Part shown: piece after piece, positions 12,923-25,600 of the stretch
Layout: each line of letters opens with the position of its first letter
How positions within the stretch are numbered: position 1 is the stretch's first letter
Assembly: GCA_965235115.1 (NCBI GenBank)
Contig: OZ249436.1
Span: 52,640,001-52,700,000 of the forward strand
Length of the DNA: 60,000 nt
DNA from: Laetmonice hystrix
Taxonomy: Eukaryota
Direction: 5' to 3'
Program-made: the position numbers and the translations under genes
The notes under the pieces: generated by a model
The model's database searches: none
What the model was told of the DNA's origin: nothing
What the model saw: only the letters and a program-made list of their open reading frames with translations

Positions 12923-15620
12923 TATAAAAGGAGTTCTTCCGGTACGAGGTTTCTTTCTCACTTTATTATCATCATCATCCCCCGTGGACACAATAGGTTC
13001 TACGACTGAACAATTATTAACGATTTTATACTCTCCTTGAAGATGGCTGAAATACCATCGACGGGGCGTAAAGCGTTTTTCAAAATGCTTCAGGATTCTC
13101 CGCTCGGTAACAGGTTTCTTTCTAACCTCATCCTCAAAATTTGGAACCATACATTGAACAAGTTTGAAACGTTTTCTTCTTGCCTAGAGTATGGTTGAAA
13201 TACTTTCTGCAGCAAGACACAAGAAAACGGAGACGTTAAAAACACCCAGAAGTAGTTTTTCATGTAACCACACTTGTAATTATTGCTCGAAATATAATTA
13301 GAAAGTCGAGGCACACCAAAACATGACACAATGACTTGTTCTGAAAGGGCAATAAATCGTCAGTGTGCTCGAGCATTCGGCCTGAACTTGTAACGCACTG
13401 TTTGACACCAAAGTAGCATCGCTAGGTTTGGTTATTTGTGGAGTTATGAGGTAGATTTCACTCTCCAAAAGTAATGTTTTGTAATTCGCATCGAGGTAAA
13501 ATTCCAATATGTGGAATACGGTTTTTCTCCTCAGCCACAACTAAGGTCATATCAGTTTTACTGTACCAGCTAGGCAGAGTAACCTGTAGTGTCCTTCAAA
13601 GCCCACCAACCAGAGATCTGCACCAACCTTGTAGCAAGTAGCTGACAAAGTGGATTCGACCTCCGAGGAGTGATACTGCATAGAACGGACACATGGAGGC
13701 CAGAAATATCCGACAAGTTTTCCTGTTGTTAATCCCCAACTGTCTCCGACTCTGCGCGGACCTGAGAAAAAAGGATTTATTGGTGAGCCAGTCCGGCTGA
13801 GCAGAGCGATCGAGGCAGTGCAATGGCCTGTAGTGAGCTGCGGCAGCCACTCCACGGAGGTGGGGGGTTGCCGTTACGCCCGCTGCCGCCGCCGCCGCCG
13901 CTGCCGTCGGCAAGCAGGCGGGCAGCACGCGGCCCGCACCCGGCGCCACCGACTGGAGCATCCGGGTCAGTAAGTACCCCCCACCTACACGGGATCAACG
14001 TGTCACATGACCCACTCCACCGCAGTCCTCACGGCCTGGCTTCATCAAGTCACGGCAGCCTCGGCGAACTCGGGATGAAAGCTGGACTGAACCCCTCAAA
14101 GACTGAGCCTCTAGCAGTCAACCCCAGGTAAGTTGACGTTGAGCCTGGCAGGAGTTGCTCCTTCCCCGCAAAAAAGGTAGCTGTTTGCAATTTGTAACCT
14201 TTATTCAAGAAGAAAACGACTTCTGAGCCGAGAGCGTCGGCGCAACGACTTTAGAACTGTTTACATGTTGCCAAGGAATATGCTTTGGAAACCGACAAAT
14301 ACTGACGCACTCGGGAGAAACCGGCAAGTACCGGCAAGTACGGTAGGTTACGTTGATTTTCGTATGCGGAACAGGTGAACGTGACCAATGCATCAATCAC
14401 GCTTGTTCTCCGGTTTTCATGTTTAATTATTTGTTACCTGCTGTCTGAGAATCCAAGTTCTCTAGGATCCGTGGTGTAAGGTATCCAAGTCATGTAATCC
14501 CTGATTCTACAATCTAGAGTCAGTGGCCTACTGAAGCCGTGAAACCTTAACAATGAGGGGATATGATTGCATGTTCTTCTACTGCATCCAAGTTCTGCCC
14601 CCAGCAGTTTATTGCGAATGCAATGAGAGGGCGCTGCTAGAGTCGTGCGTGGTGGCGTCAAGGTTTCCCAGATTACAGGGCAAGTCAACACTGCCTGATT
14701 GTACCCTCAGACCAGCACAAGCTGGTTTTCCATTCAGACCGCATCTCCCGGAGTTTGTCTTATGGGAAGGATCAATCGCCGAATTTTTCGATACCGAACC
14801 ACAAGGAATCGGTTTTTTTATGAGGGACCGCGGCCGTGTCTTGCCGGGAAATCGCAGGATTTTCCTCACGTTTTCCCAACTGATTACTTGTGGAATTGAA
14901 AAGTATATTTAGGAGTTCACGGTAGTTTTATGGTTCCTTACATTGAGCGCAGCTATTGGAGGTTGGGTAGGAAGCAGAGGGCACAGGTGGGGGTATAGAG
15001 GTCGCGGGATATTCGGGACGATTTAACGAAACGAGTCGTGGTGGAGGCGGCCCAGCAGGAAGTGCGGCCATCACTCTTGCACCTTTCAAAGACTCCCCTG
15101 CTCTCTGGCTTAATCAAGCCTGCCTGAACGACCAGGGTATAGAATAGCCTTCCGTGTCCGTTTTCTATCCTGGGGCAGGCCAGAGCCGTTGGATCCGTCA
15201 CTAGTAAATGCGGACACAAAGTCTCCCACGTCTGTACGATCGGCGAATATAAAGTAGATCAGGCAGAGATCTGCATCGAAAGTTTTTTCTAAGAGTTTTC
15301 GTCTTTATCGCCCAAGATGCGCCTTCCTCACCGTTTCTCCCCGCACAAGTCAGTTGCCTGCCGAATAGTCCGGTGAAAGGACTTCCGTTTTCGTGTGTGA
15401 GTGAGACGGCCGTGGGGGATTCTATATCTATATTCTTACCCGTGACGTCACGGCAGTTCACTGACTTGAGCCGTTTCTCCCTGATTAGCTGTAGTTTTAG
15501 GTTTAATTGTTTTATAGAAGCATACGTCTTTACATATAATTAATATATCTGCATTCGTCTGTCTGTCGGGGTACGTTGTAATGAAGACGTGACTCAATGA
15601 CACTGAGTGTATGTTGGGCA

Positions 15621-16903
15621 CCCTAGCCACAGCTATTGGACATTCTAAGGGCCGCCCTAGCCACAGCTATTGGACATTCTGAGGCCGCCCTCGCCACAGC
15701 TATCGGACATTCTGAGGCCGCCCTAGCCACAGCTATTAGACATTCTGAGGCCGCCCTCGCCACAGCTATCGGACATTCTGAGGCCGCCCTAGCCACAGCT
15801 ATTGGACATTCTGAGGCCGCCCCAGCCACAGCTATTGGATATTCTGAGGCCGCCCTAGCCACAGCTATCGGACATTCTGAGGCCGCCCTAGCCACAGCTA
15901 TTGGACATTCTGAGGCCGCCCCAGCCACAGCTATTGGACATTCTGAGGCCGCCCCAGCCACAGCTATTGGATATTCTGAGGCCGCCCTAGCCACAGCTAT
16001 TGGACATTCTGAGGCCGCCCTAGCCACAGCTATTGGACATTCTGAGGCCGCCCTAGCCACAGCTATTGGACATTCTGAGGCCGCCCTAGCCACAGCTATT
16101 GGACATTCTGAGGCCGCCCTAGCCACAGCTATCGGACATTCTGAGGCCGCCCCAGCCACAGCTATTGGACGTTCTGAGGCCGCCCTAGCCACAGCTATCG
16201 GACATTCTGAGGCCGCCCCAGCCACAGCTATCGGACATTCTGAAGCCGCCCCAGCCACAGCTATTGGACATTTTGAGGCCGCCCTAGCCACAGCTATTGG
16301 ACATTCTGAGGCCGCCCCAGCCACAGCTATCGGACATTCTGAAGCCGCCCCAGCCACAGCTATTGGACATTCTGAAGCCGCCCCAGCCACAGCTATTGGA
16401 CATTCTGAGGCCGCCCTAGCCACAGCTATCGGACATTCTGAGGCCGCCCTAGCCACAGCTATCGGACATTCTGAGGCCGCCCTAGCCACAGCTATTGGGC
16501 ATTCTGAGGCCGCCCCAGCCACAGCTATTGGACATTCTGAAGCCGCCCCAGCCACAGCTATTGGACATTCTGAAGCCGCCCCAGCCACAGCTATTGGACA
16601 TTCTGAGGCCGCCCTAGCCACAGCTATCGGACATTCTGAGGCCGCCCTAGCCACAGCTATTGGACATTCTGAGGCCGCCCTAGCCACAGCTATCGGACAT
16701 TCTGAGGCCGCCCTAGCCACAGCTATCGGACATTCTGAGGCCGCCCCAGCCACAGCTATTGGATATTCTGAGGCCGCCCCAGCCACAGCTATCGGACATT
16801 CTGAGGCCGCCCTAGCCACAGCTATTGGACATTCTGAGGCCGCCCTAGCCACAGCTATCGGACATTCTGAGGCCGCCCTAGCCACAGCTATTGGGCATTC
16901 TGA
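15621..16903. repeat. 33-bp minisatellite, about 39 copies
   Basis: Unit GCCACAGCTAT(T/C)GGACATTCTGAGGCCGCCC(T/C)A; gives the 456-aa (+) and 420-aa (-) repeat ORFs. Confidence 0.97.
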
Positions 16904-17118
16904 TGCAGTAATTGGACTTGACCTGCCCGTGAGTCATGAGATTAACTGGAATGTGAGCCGAAGGGTTGAGGATAACTCATCTCCTTTTCCTGACGAGGTA
17001 ACTTAATTGATGCCCTTTCTGTGTATGGCCCGGTGGCGGGTTTCTCGCTCACTTCCTCCTCCTCATTACACCCCCCACCCCCCACACACACACACCTTAA
17101 TTGTGGCCTGAGGGGTAC

Positions 17119-17634
17119 AATATGGTTGAAATACTGCCGACAGGGTGTGTTCTCTCCCTGAATATGGGTGAAATACTGCCGACAGGGTGTGTTCTCTCCC
17201 TGAATATGGTTGAAATACTGCCGACAGGGGGTGTTCTCTCCCTGAATATGGGAGAAATACTGCCGACAGGGGGTGTTCTCTCCCTGAATATGGGAGAAAT
17301 ACTGCCGACAGGGGGTGTTCTCTCCCTGAATATGGGAGAAATACTGCCGACAGGGGGTGTTCTCTCCCTGAATATGGGAGAAATACTGCCGACAGGGGGT
17401 GTTCTCTCCCTGAATATGGGAGAAATACTGCCGACAGGAGGTGTTCTCTCCCTGAATATGGTTGAAATACTGCCGACAGGGGGTGTTCTCTCCCTGAATA
17501 TGGGAGAAATACTGCCGACAGGGGGTGTTCTCTCCCTGAATATGGGAGAAATACTGCCGACAGGGGGTGTTCTCTCCCTGAATATGGGAGAAATACTGCC
17601 GACAGGAGGTGTTCTCTCCCTGAATATGGGTGAA
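17119..17634. repeat. 42-bp minisatellite, about 12 copies
   Basis: Unit AATATGGGAGAAATACTGCCGACAGGGGGTGTTCTCTCCCTG. Confidence 0.97.
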
Positions 17635-20600
17635 CTACTCACTCTGTGTAATAAGACAGAATCAACCTTGTGCATTGGGGGGTTTGACTCGATACTCGAT
17701 ATTGTTATTGTTTTTCGTAGTCGGTTGGTATTCCGTTATGTTGATAGTGCGAGAGGTCTTGATAACTTGTGGCTTCGGGTCAGATGGATAACACTCCATG
17801 ACTTAGGTTCAATCCTTTATATAGGAAGATAATCCAAGCTGAGTATAGATAATCCTCGAAGTACATGTATGGTAACCCAGCGATCACCCACTCGTCATTA
17901 AACCGGTTAACATACTCCACGTATAGGTTGCTATACTCCATGAATGCTGTCTATTTCTACAATAACGTATGAACACGTATAATACTCCAAACGCCCCAAT
18001 ACTCCGTGAATAGCATCTTAACTCCGGTACCACTCGAACGTGTGTCCGTTGGTTCATCTGTACTCCGTGAAAAGGGTCGGTCACCTAACCTAGTTCCATT
18101 GGAAAGATTCTACCAAGTATTTGAACTGCCCTCGTGAGTAATACCAATTTACGTCTACCCTGTTTCTGATGAAATTGGTAATAAGTGTGAGCCAAACTAG
18201 TGGTTGCCTCTCAGAGACAGCACTTTAACTATCATGCTTCTCCCTGGGTTCGAACCCGGAAACATGGGACTGGCAGTTATCACCGCTACAACAAACCAAT
18301 CTATAGTTTATGGGAGTATCAGACAGTTGGAACAGGAAGATGTCTTCAGAGAAATTTCAACAGAAACAGCAATGGATATTTATCTCTAAATGACCAAAGG
18401 ATCCAAGCATTGTATACGATGGACTATTATTGACACCTCATCGGACAGGTCATGTTTGACAAGGTGGGAACCATGAGATCCATAATTCTGACAGATGAAC
18501 AATAATATACTCCAACACTAGCGACTGGAAATGGTTGATCCCGCTAACAATTCCAGTTCGAAATTTGTAGAAGACCGTCTGTAAAACGTGGCAGTCCAAA
18601 CGCTGAAGTATGGGCCGAAGCCTCCCGACCTATAAATTCGACTTATAAAACCATCTATGTGGCTTGCCTGTGACGTATGGAAGCATGTATTTCTTTATCA
18701 AGTCGCCGTATATACACAAGTCTTCCTGAATACAGTGAAGTGCCGGTGTCCTGCATGGTTGAGTACCGTGATCAGCTGAACAGGCGCCAGAGAATCCAAG
18801 TCACACGGTCTGTCGGCGCCAACGGCCGCTTCTCATGGCATCTTACACATAAAGTAAGGAGCGCTCTGACAAATCTTAGGTGAGCTCAATATGCCGGACT
18901 TTCGGGGCTGCCGAGAAACATGTTCATTGTATAGAATTGTGACGATCGAGGTAAAAGTACCCAATGTACAGGGATGCTGGAACGAAACGAAGTGGGTGGT
19001 CTTATTCTGCCTCACGAAATAACTGCAAGAAGTATATCTATGTTAAACATGCCTCCTCTCTCTGTCTCTGTCTCTCTCTTTGGTAGGAATTTGACCACCT
19101 CGTCGACAATAAAACCATCCCTCCCTTTGTTCAATTCGTATAGGAGAACACTTGTTCATACACATCCTCTGCAGATTCCATCACGCTTTCCATACGAATC
19201 ATTTTTCATCAGTTTTTCTGGGTGGTCTTCGAAACTGGCCTTTGTATAAAAATACATCTATGGCTACAAAAAGACAAACATGTAAAGGAGGGTCATTTCA
19301 TTAAGCCAGGCCGAATCGGTATGGTTTTTTTTCTTTGTTGCGACCAGTGTATAGTGAACACCTGATACCCGAGACGTTGGAATACCCCCGTCTCTAAAAA
19401 ACTCGTGAGATGGGTAGTCGACACGGGCACATGTCCTGGAGACTTGCCAGTGCTAACGGCACTCGGCGGAGGAGGGGGCTTTAAATGACAGGTCGTCACG
19501 GATATCAGCCTGTCATGGAAAGGCCAAAGTTGACCATTTCATTCCAACTGTTATTTTGGTTGAACTTCTCTTCAGTCAAACATAAAGAGGAAAATTCCAC
19601 ACAGCGTTTGATTGTTTTGTAGTCGTTGCGACATCCATGTAATTTTCGGGGGATTGGTTCGTTAAGTAGCAATTTTGAATTTAGAGAATGGAATCGATTT
19701 CCAGAATCAAGGACAGACCGTAAATTTTTCAGAGTGGGTTTCCACTTTGAAATTGAAAATGGCATCCATGAATGTCACAAAGCCAATGAGATTGGCCCTC
19801 AAGAAATGTAGCAGCTGCGTGCTAAATGCAGAGATTAGGTCATCAGAATTGTGCCTCATCTGCTACTCATCCAGTCTCGGTATATTTTCTGGTAAAATCA
19901 TACCAGGTTGTGAAAGAACAGACACAAAATGAGATCTTTACGGACAGGCCGCCCTTTCACAGCGTCTGAAGGAGTTTGGTAGACCCGCGAGGGCCCAACC
20001 GTCTTCCCATTGTTTATGGGAGTTTGAAGAATCCACCCTTCCCCAGTGACCAGAGAGGTTTGGTATATAGTGGCCGTAAAGTGCCTGACGTTCGCTCCCG
20101 ACACATCTCTAACAACAGGCTGTACGACGGTTTTGTCGAGTCCCGTGGCATATTGATACTTGAGAGTCGGCCCCGATGATTCTTGGCATTTGGACTGTAC
20201 AAAAAATACTTTCTGATGCCAGTCATTGTTAGCATCCTCCAATCACGTACGTTGTATTGGGTTGTTAAATAACGTATAGAAAAAAACAGAATAGAGGACT
20301 GTGTACCTGAATCAGTCCACACAATCGTGGACGTCATGACGTTTTCTTATGGAGTCTCCCACAGACATACGAACAGGGACGAACCCACACCAGCGCCCTG
20401 AAGTCTACCTCAACATGCAGTGTTGTTGGCAGATCAAATATACACGGGAGTTATTGGGACGACAGCACTGTGTTACGATGAACTCAATGCGCCTCCGGGT
20501 GGCCGCATTGTTGGCAATGATGTATCATTTTCCCTGGCGTTGCTACCCCTGCGTGTATATCATAATGTAAATTTACCTAGTGGTTTACCCAAACATGTGG

Positions 20601-22523
20601 CAGATCGACTGATTTCAGGTTGCGGGGAACGTCCAACCATCCAAAGTACCCCAAGGTTAACTCGATTACCCTTTGATGGCAAATATATAATATTATGAAT
20701 AATGTCAAAATGTCGGATGCATTTTTTCATTGGCGCTAATAATATATTGCTCTTACTATACTCGTGGGCAACGCTCTCATTGGCACATACAGTTCGACTT
20801 ATGTGTGAACTGTACGGAATCAGTGGGATTATTTCTAACTGTAGATATTTATTTCTGGTGACATTTCTATTACATTGGAAAGATGGCCATGTCCGGTCAC
20901 CTATCGATCTGGGATAAAGAACCGGTGGAATGTGTATACAGAACAACACTGTCTGGGATACAAACTCTAGATAGCGAGGTATGAATCCACCAAGACATAT
21001 TTCACAGGCCTCCGTGAAACCAATCACTTTTCTTTTTCTTTTCTTTAAATCAATACCTTTCTGTCATACACCATGCCTACGCCACTACCACCATAACAAA
21101 ATAAATCTTAGATAAACGTTAGAAATCGATCTTACTATTATCGGTATTTTCTATGATATTATTTTTCATTATGTTTTAATTCGCATGTTTCCCTACGTAA
21201 CCATTGTTCCGACAAGGGAAAGACTCAAAGCAGCACAGCTATAGATAGATTGAGATAAAATAAGACATGCAGACAGGGCGATGCTGTGTAAACAAGGATA
21301 TTAATCTAAATATATTGTAGACGATTCTTCCATTCAAAATAATCGAGATCATTAGTCATGACCGTGTAATATGCGTCATGCTAGACAACCGTCCAACTAG
21401 GAAGTCCAATACTGTTTTCGTACACATAGAAGAGCTTACATTGTATCCCGAACCAAATTACCTGCCAATCCTTCAGTCGACTGTCCACAAGCATCACCTG
21501 TTTCATATGATATGCTTTGATATAGAAACTCCATTCTACATAGGGAATAAATCTGACAAATTCGAAGCGAGGAGGCGTCTGGGAATTTCGAGCTTCGAGC
21601 TTACGTGTCGAATGGATATGAATAATTGGACACTGCTGTAGACATTGGACCATGGATGCCTCGATTGCACTTAATGACATAACGGATAGCTATTGCTCTA
21701 GGAAACAGTCAAAAGATAGATCTACATGAAAGGCATTTGCGACATTGGAAGCGTTATATGTTGCAGTGCACTTACTCATCATCAAGGGAGAAATAATAAT
21801 ATTGATCTTCAACAGCCCTGCCCCCATAAAAGGTACCTTAGATCCAGCTGCTCTCTGATGGCATCGAAGTCATAGTTTGTACCTTTTAACAAGTTCGGAT
21901 CATTAGTGCTGTGGGTCTGCCAGAATGGCTCGCCAGGGAGCAAAGAACCTTGTTTTCTTCGGAAATCACTGTTGCATTGGAATGTGGCCATATTATGACA
22001 GAAAGGTATTGATTATTAAAGAAAAGTGGTATGTTTCACTGCGGACAACTGATTTCCCTTTGCTTTGATTTCGTACTCTCACCCATGGCGAGGAGTGATG
22101 TGTAGTTTACGTATTATATTCTCATTAGTTCTTACTTTAGTTAAAGTAGTAGCTCAGACGCCGTAGGAATTAGAGCAAAGTTCTGTACTTGATAACGATA
22201 ACACAGACAATTTCTGTGCCCAGTTTTATTTCATTTCGATCTTTCCTTCGCATGGCTATGGCTAATTTAGTTTTTAACATTTAACATTTAACAAGGTATA
22301 TAACCTTTCTGTAACATTTGGCCATGCTTTGAGGGTTCTCTTGTCATTCACTGATTCTTAGGACCAACTATCCAGGGGTGCGTTCCTCATCTATCGTTAT
22401 AATGTCGTGCGTTAAAATCCCCATTGAAAATACATTGGAGTTAACGATACGACAAGCTAACGATATGATGAGGAACACCCCCAGTGTTATTGTTAGGGAC
22501 GTTCTGATCATGCGTGATGTCGA

Positions 22524-22696
22524 CGTCAAGACATATTTGTGTACCAGCATGCACCAGATCCATGGGCGTCAAGACATATTTGTGTACCAGCATGCACCAG
22601 ATCCATGGGCGTCAAGACACATTTGTGTACCAGCATGCACCAGATCCATGAGCGTAAAGACATATTTGTGTACCAGCATGCACCAGACTCATGGGC
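22524..22696. repeat. 43-bp tandem repeat x4
   Basis: CGTCAAGACATATTTGTGTACCAGCATGCACCAGATCCATGGG at 22524, 22567, 22610, 22653. Confidence 0.93.
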
Positions 22697-25600
22697 TAAC
22701 TAAGTCATTTACGCGTTTGCGGTCTGTTTGAAGGTATATGCAGTAGTTAGCGCCTACCCAACATTCCCACATTGCGTACACCTGCAGGCTCACGATAGTA
22801 TACAGAGGTGGATGCACGCCAGAGTTTCTGATGACTTTGTTGACCTACACCCAGTTGGTGAAAGATTACGCACGACATGCCCACACGCCCTTGTTTTTAT
22901 TAACGGTGGGGTGCTGCCGTTTACTTACGACGTGGCTAATTGGCCTCCGCTGTGATAAGGACTCGCCCTGTGGTCCTAAATAGTCACTTTGTTTACAAGG
23001 CTGTACAGCAATAGGGCCAGAGACGAGCATGGAACACCTCGGGCCGCCAGCTTGTGCTTAAATGTTTTGATAGCTATTTACGTTCTCCAAACATTCAGTT
23101 GAATAAATGCTTGAATAGTTATGAGCTTGAAAGGAATCTTTAACAAATCTATTAACCACCCGACACCATGCACTGCCTCCGGCCCAAAGAAGAACAACTA
23201 AGATCTTGATCGTAGTTTCCTAAGTTTATTAATATGTTGGCATGTGTTTAGTCTGGCAGCGGCCGTATAATTATGGTTAAATATACATATAAAATTTTCG
23301 ATGTAAACAAAGCCAGCGCCTTTGACATATGCTGTGTTTATAAATCAGAAGCTGTCAGATGTTGTTTTCTCAAGGTTGGCTCCACCATCAGACCAACCTA
23401 TACGTTTTGAAAGTATTCTGTCGTATATTATTTAGCCTATTTATTCCCCTGTTAGAGAGCAGAGGTTGCGATCAGAAATGCGTAATTGGTTCTTGGCCAT
23501 GCGGTGAAAACGCAGGTGCTGTGCATAATGACCACATTGGCTGATATCCTTGCCGTGAAAACGCATTAGGTATCGCTTTTTTTCTTTTTAGCAAGGGACC
23601 TGGAGACCGAATAAAAGACCATGGAAAATATTACCTTCTGGTCCACAGAATGCATTTAATGAGGATAAAAAGTATGAAAAAATGAAGCAGCCCCTGCCAT
23701 CGGCAGTGGGTTCAAATCTCAGTTATAAAAATATAACCACGCTTTGTTTCCGGTTCATGGTGCTTATTTTCATGACTTTGGCGAAACGTATGAAACGGAT
23801 AGAACGGCCGGAATATGGCAGAACTATGGGTCACGTCATTACACAGTTCTGGCATACTTCACTATCTAATCATACAAGAAACATGAATGGCGTCCTGTGA
23901 GAGAACGAGTACCGACAGTTCTCCACGTGCAATCCGTCCGCTCGCGATCGTCCGAACACGCCACCTGGTGGGTGAAAGATCATGCGTAATTCATGGACGT
24001 GGCGTCATGTTACCACGACACATTCTGCGCCTGATTTGGGTTCACACTGGAACCCCTGAGGACGCAAACAGAGAGTGCAGAGCCAGCCCAAGTCATTTAG
24101 CTCAGGCTGCGTGCACCAAATGTAAAGAGTGCCCGACCAGATGAAGCGCCGAGCCATGGGTCTCCGCTTGATCCGTGAGGGGGTTCCAATGACGTAGCCG
24201 TCAAATGCACATTCCGAAGGACGCTTTCCCAAATACTACAGAGTAACTTAACCTTATTGGTTTTCCACTTGCTGTTCCTGCCCTTCTGACGCCTACTGTC
24301 TTGAGGTTGATTCCCCATTACGGAAGCCGCGGCGTCCACTCGTTCAGTGTAAACAGTCGAGCGAGTGTTTAAATGTTTTCACCGATAGTGGCTCGGCTAA
24401 ATAGGATGGTTAAATTTGTAGAGGTGATTATGTGAATCCACTCATAGGATCTTACTGTTGCTCTTGCGAAAGTGACTTCTGAGACGACCAATTCTGTACC
24501 ACAGGTGATCGAGATTTTGATCCAAGATGTAGGTCTGCCGAGAAGATATCGAGGCGGGGTGCTTCATTGCGGTAGGAACCAGGTTTCTTTTTGAACTTAT
24601 AGGTTATTACGCATTATTGGAAACTGGAGATTCTTTGAACTGAATGGTGGGCCTGAGAAGTATTTTTAATATACAATACGCATAATAGATTTTCCGCGTA
24701 ATCTTCCGTCTATAAGCCACGGCCTTGTATATGTTGGACCAAAAATCACGGAAAAGACTTCAGAAGCTAAATATAGCAGTGTTGGGCTTTAAAGTAATGT
24801 TCTGACATTACATACTGACATACGTAGTAGAAAAATCTAGGGCAATTTTTGATGACACTCCCTTCATCATAGTTCATGTACCAAAATACGTCTAAAAACA
24901 TTTGCAATGTCAAATAGGTGCAGTATTTGCGTGGTACCTACGGCCCAGCCGAATACCGCGAAAAGTCCACCCGGGAACCAGCCGGAATGTCAACAATCGA
25001 GGGAAAAGTAGGGTCGCATGTTAAAGGTTAAGTGGTGGCATCGAGTTTGCTGACCCAAGTTCGTTGAGCAGTGTGGTAAATTGTTAGAATATTATAATAT
25101 TTCTATGCAATTAAGATCAAACAGAAGCAGTTTGGGAAGGGTGAGTGGTGGAATATTGGATGTCAGGACATTACTTTAACCTCCAACCCCAGTAAACATG
25201 CTGGATGTTGTGCCAGACCGGCCATAGTGTGAAAAGTCGGTGTACAGGGCGCCATGTTATCATCAGCACCCATTTTTAAGTGGGCCAATCCGCTGCTCCT
25301 ACTTCGGCATAGGAAACAAATTTCTAGATTCCTTGGTGTCAAGACCCATGTGATCAGGTATAGACGCACCCCCCTATTCGTGGGTTAAAATATGGTTATT
25401 TCCAAATACGAGTAATATCGGATCACTGCTTCCAAAGTTATCGAAAAGTGCTGAAGCCTAGCCTCGACCATTAATTGCACGTCCATTTACAGGCAAAGGT
25501 AGCTTCAGTGTTCACTTAGTTTCCCACATCCCACACTACCCGACGGCGATTCACGGTTTTTACTACAGCAGCTGCCACCTTCAAGACTTGCCCCTCCCGG

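Noticed and set aside
13298..13855. Minus-strand frame with PWWP-like GKLVGYFWPP
   Set aside because: Motif is imperfect, the frame is broken by stops, and there is no supporting splice structure.
14060..14127. GLNPSKTE resembling the LINE reverse-transcriptase LxLNxxKT motif
   Set aside because: No upstream YADD or PQG motifs and no downstream YLG in any nearby frame.
15001..15147. ITLAPFKDSPALWLNQA faintly resembling a Gypsy gag N-terminus
   Set aside because: Short, ends in a stop, and no LTRs, PBS or pol remnants were recognised.
18236..18300. tRNA gene on the minus strand (GGGTTCGAACCC)
   Set aside because: Only a T-arm/B-box-like hairpin is present; no D-arm or acceptor stem, so at most a decayed SINE fragment.
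21378..21641. CFDIET resembling the Exo I motif of family-B DNA polymerases (Polinton or virus)
   Set aside because: An isolated 5-6 residue match in an 87-aa ORF; I saw no Exo II/III or polymerase motifs nearby.
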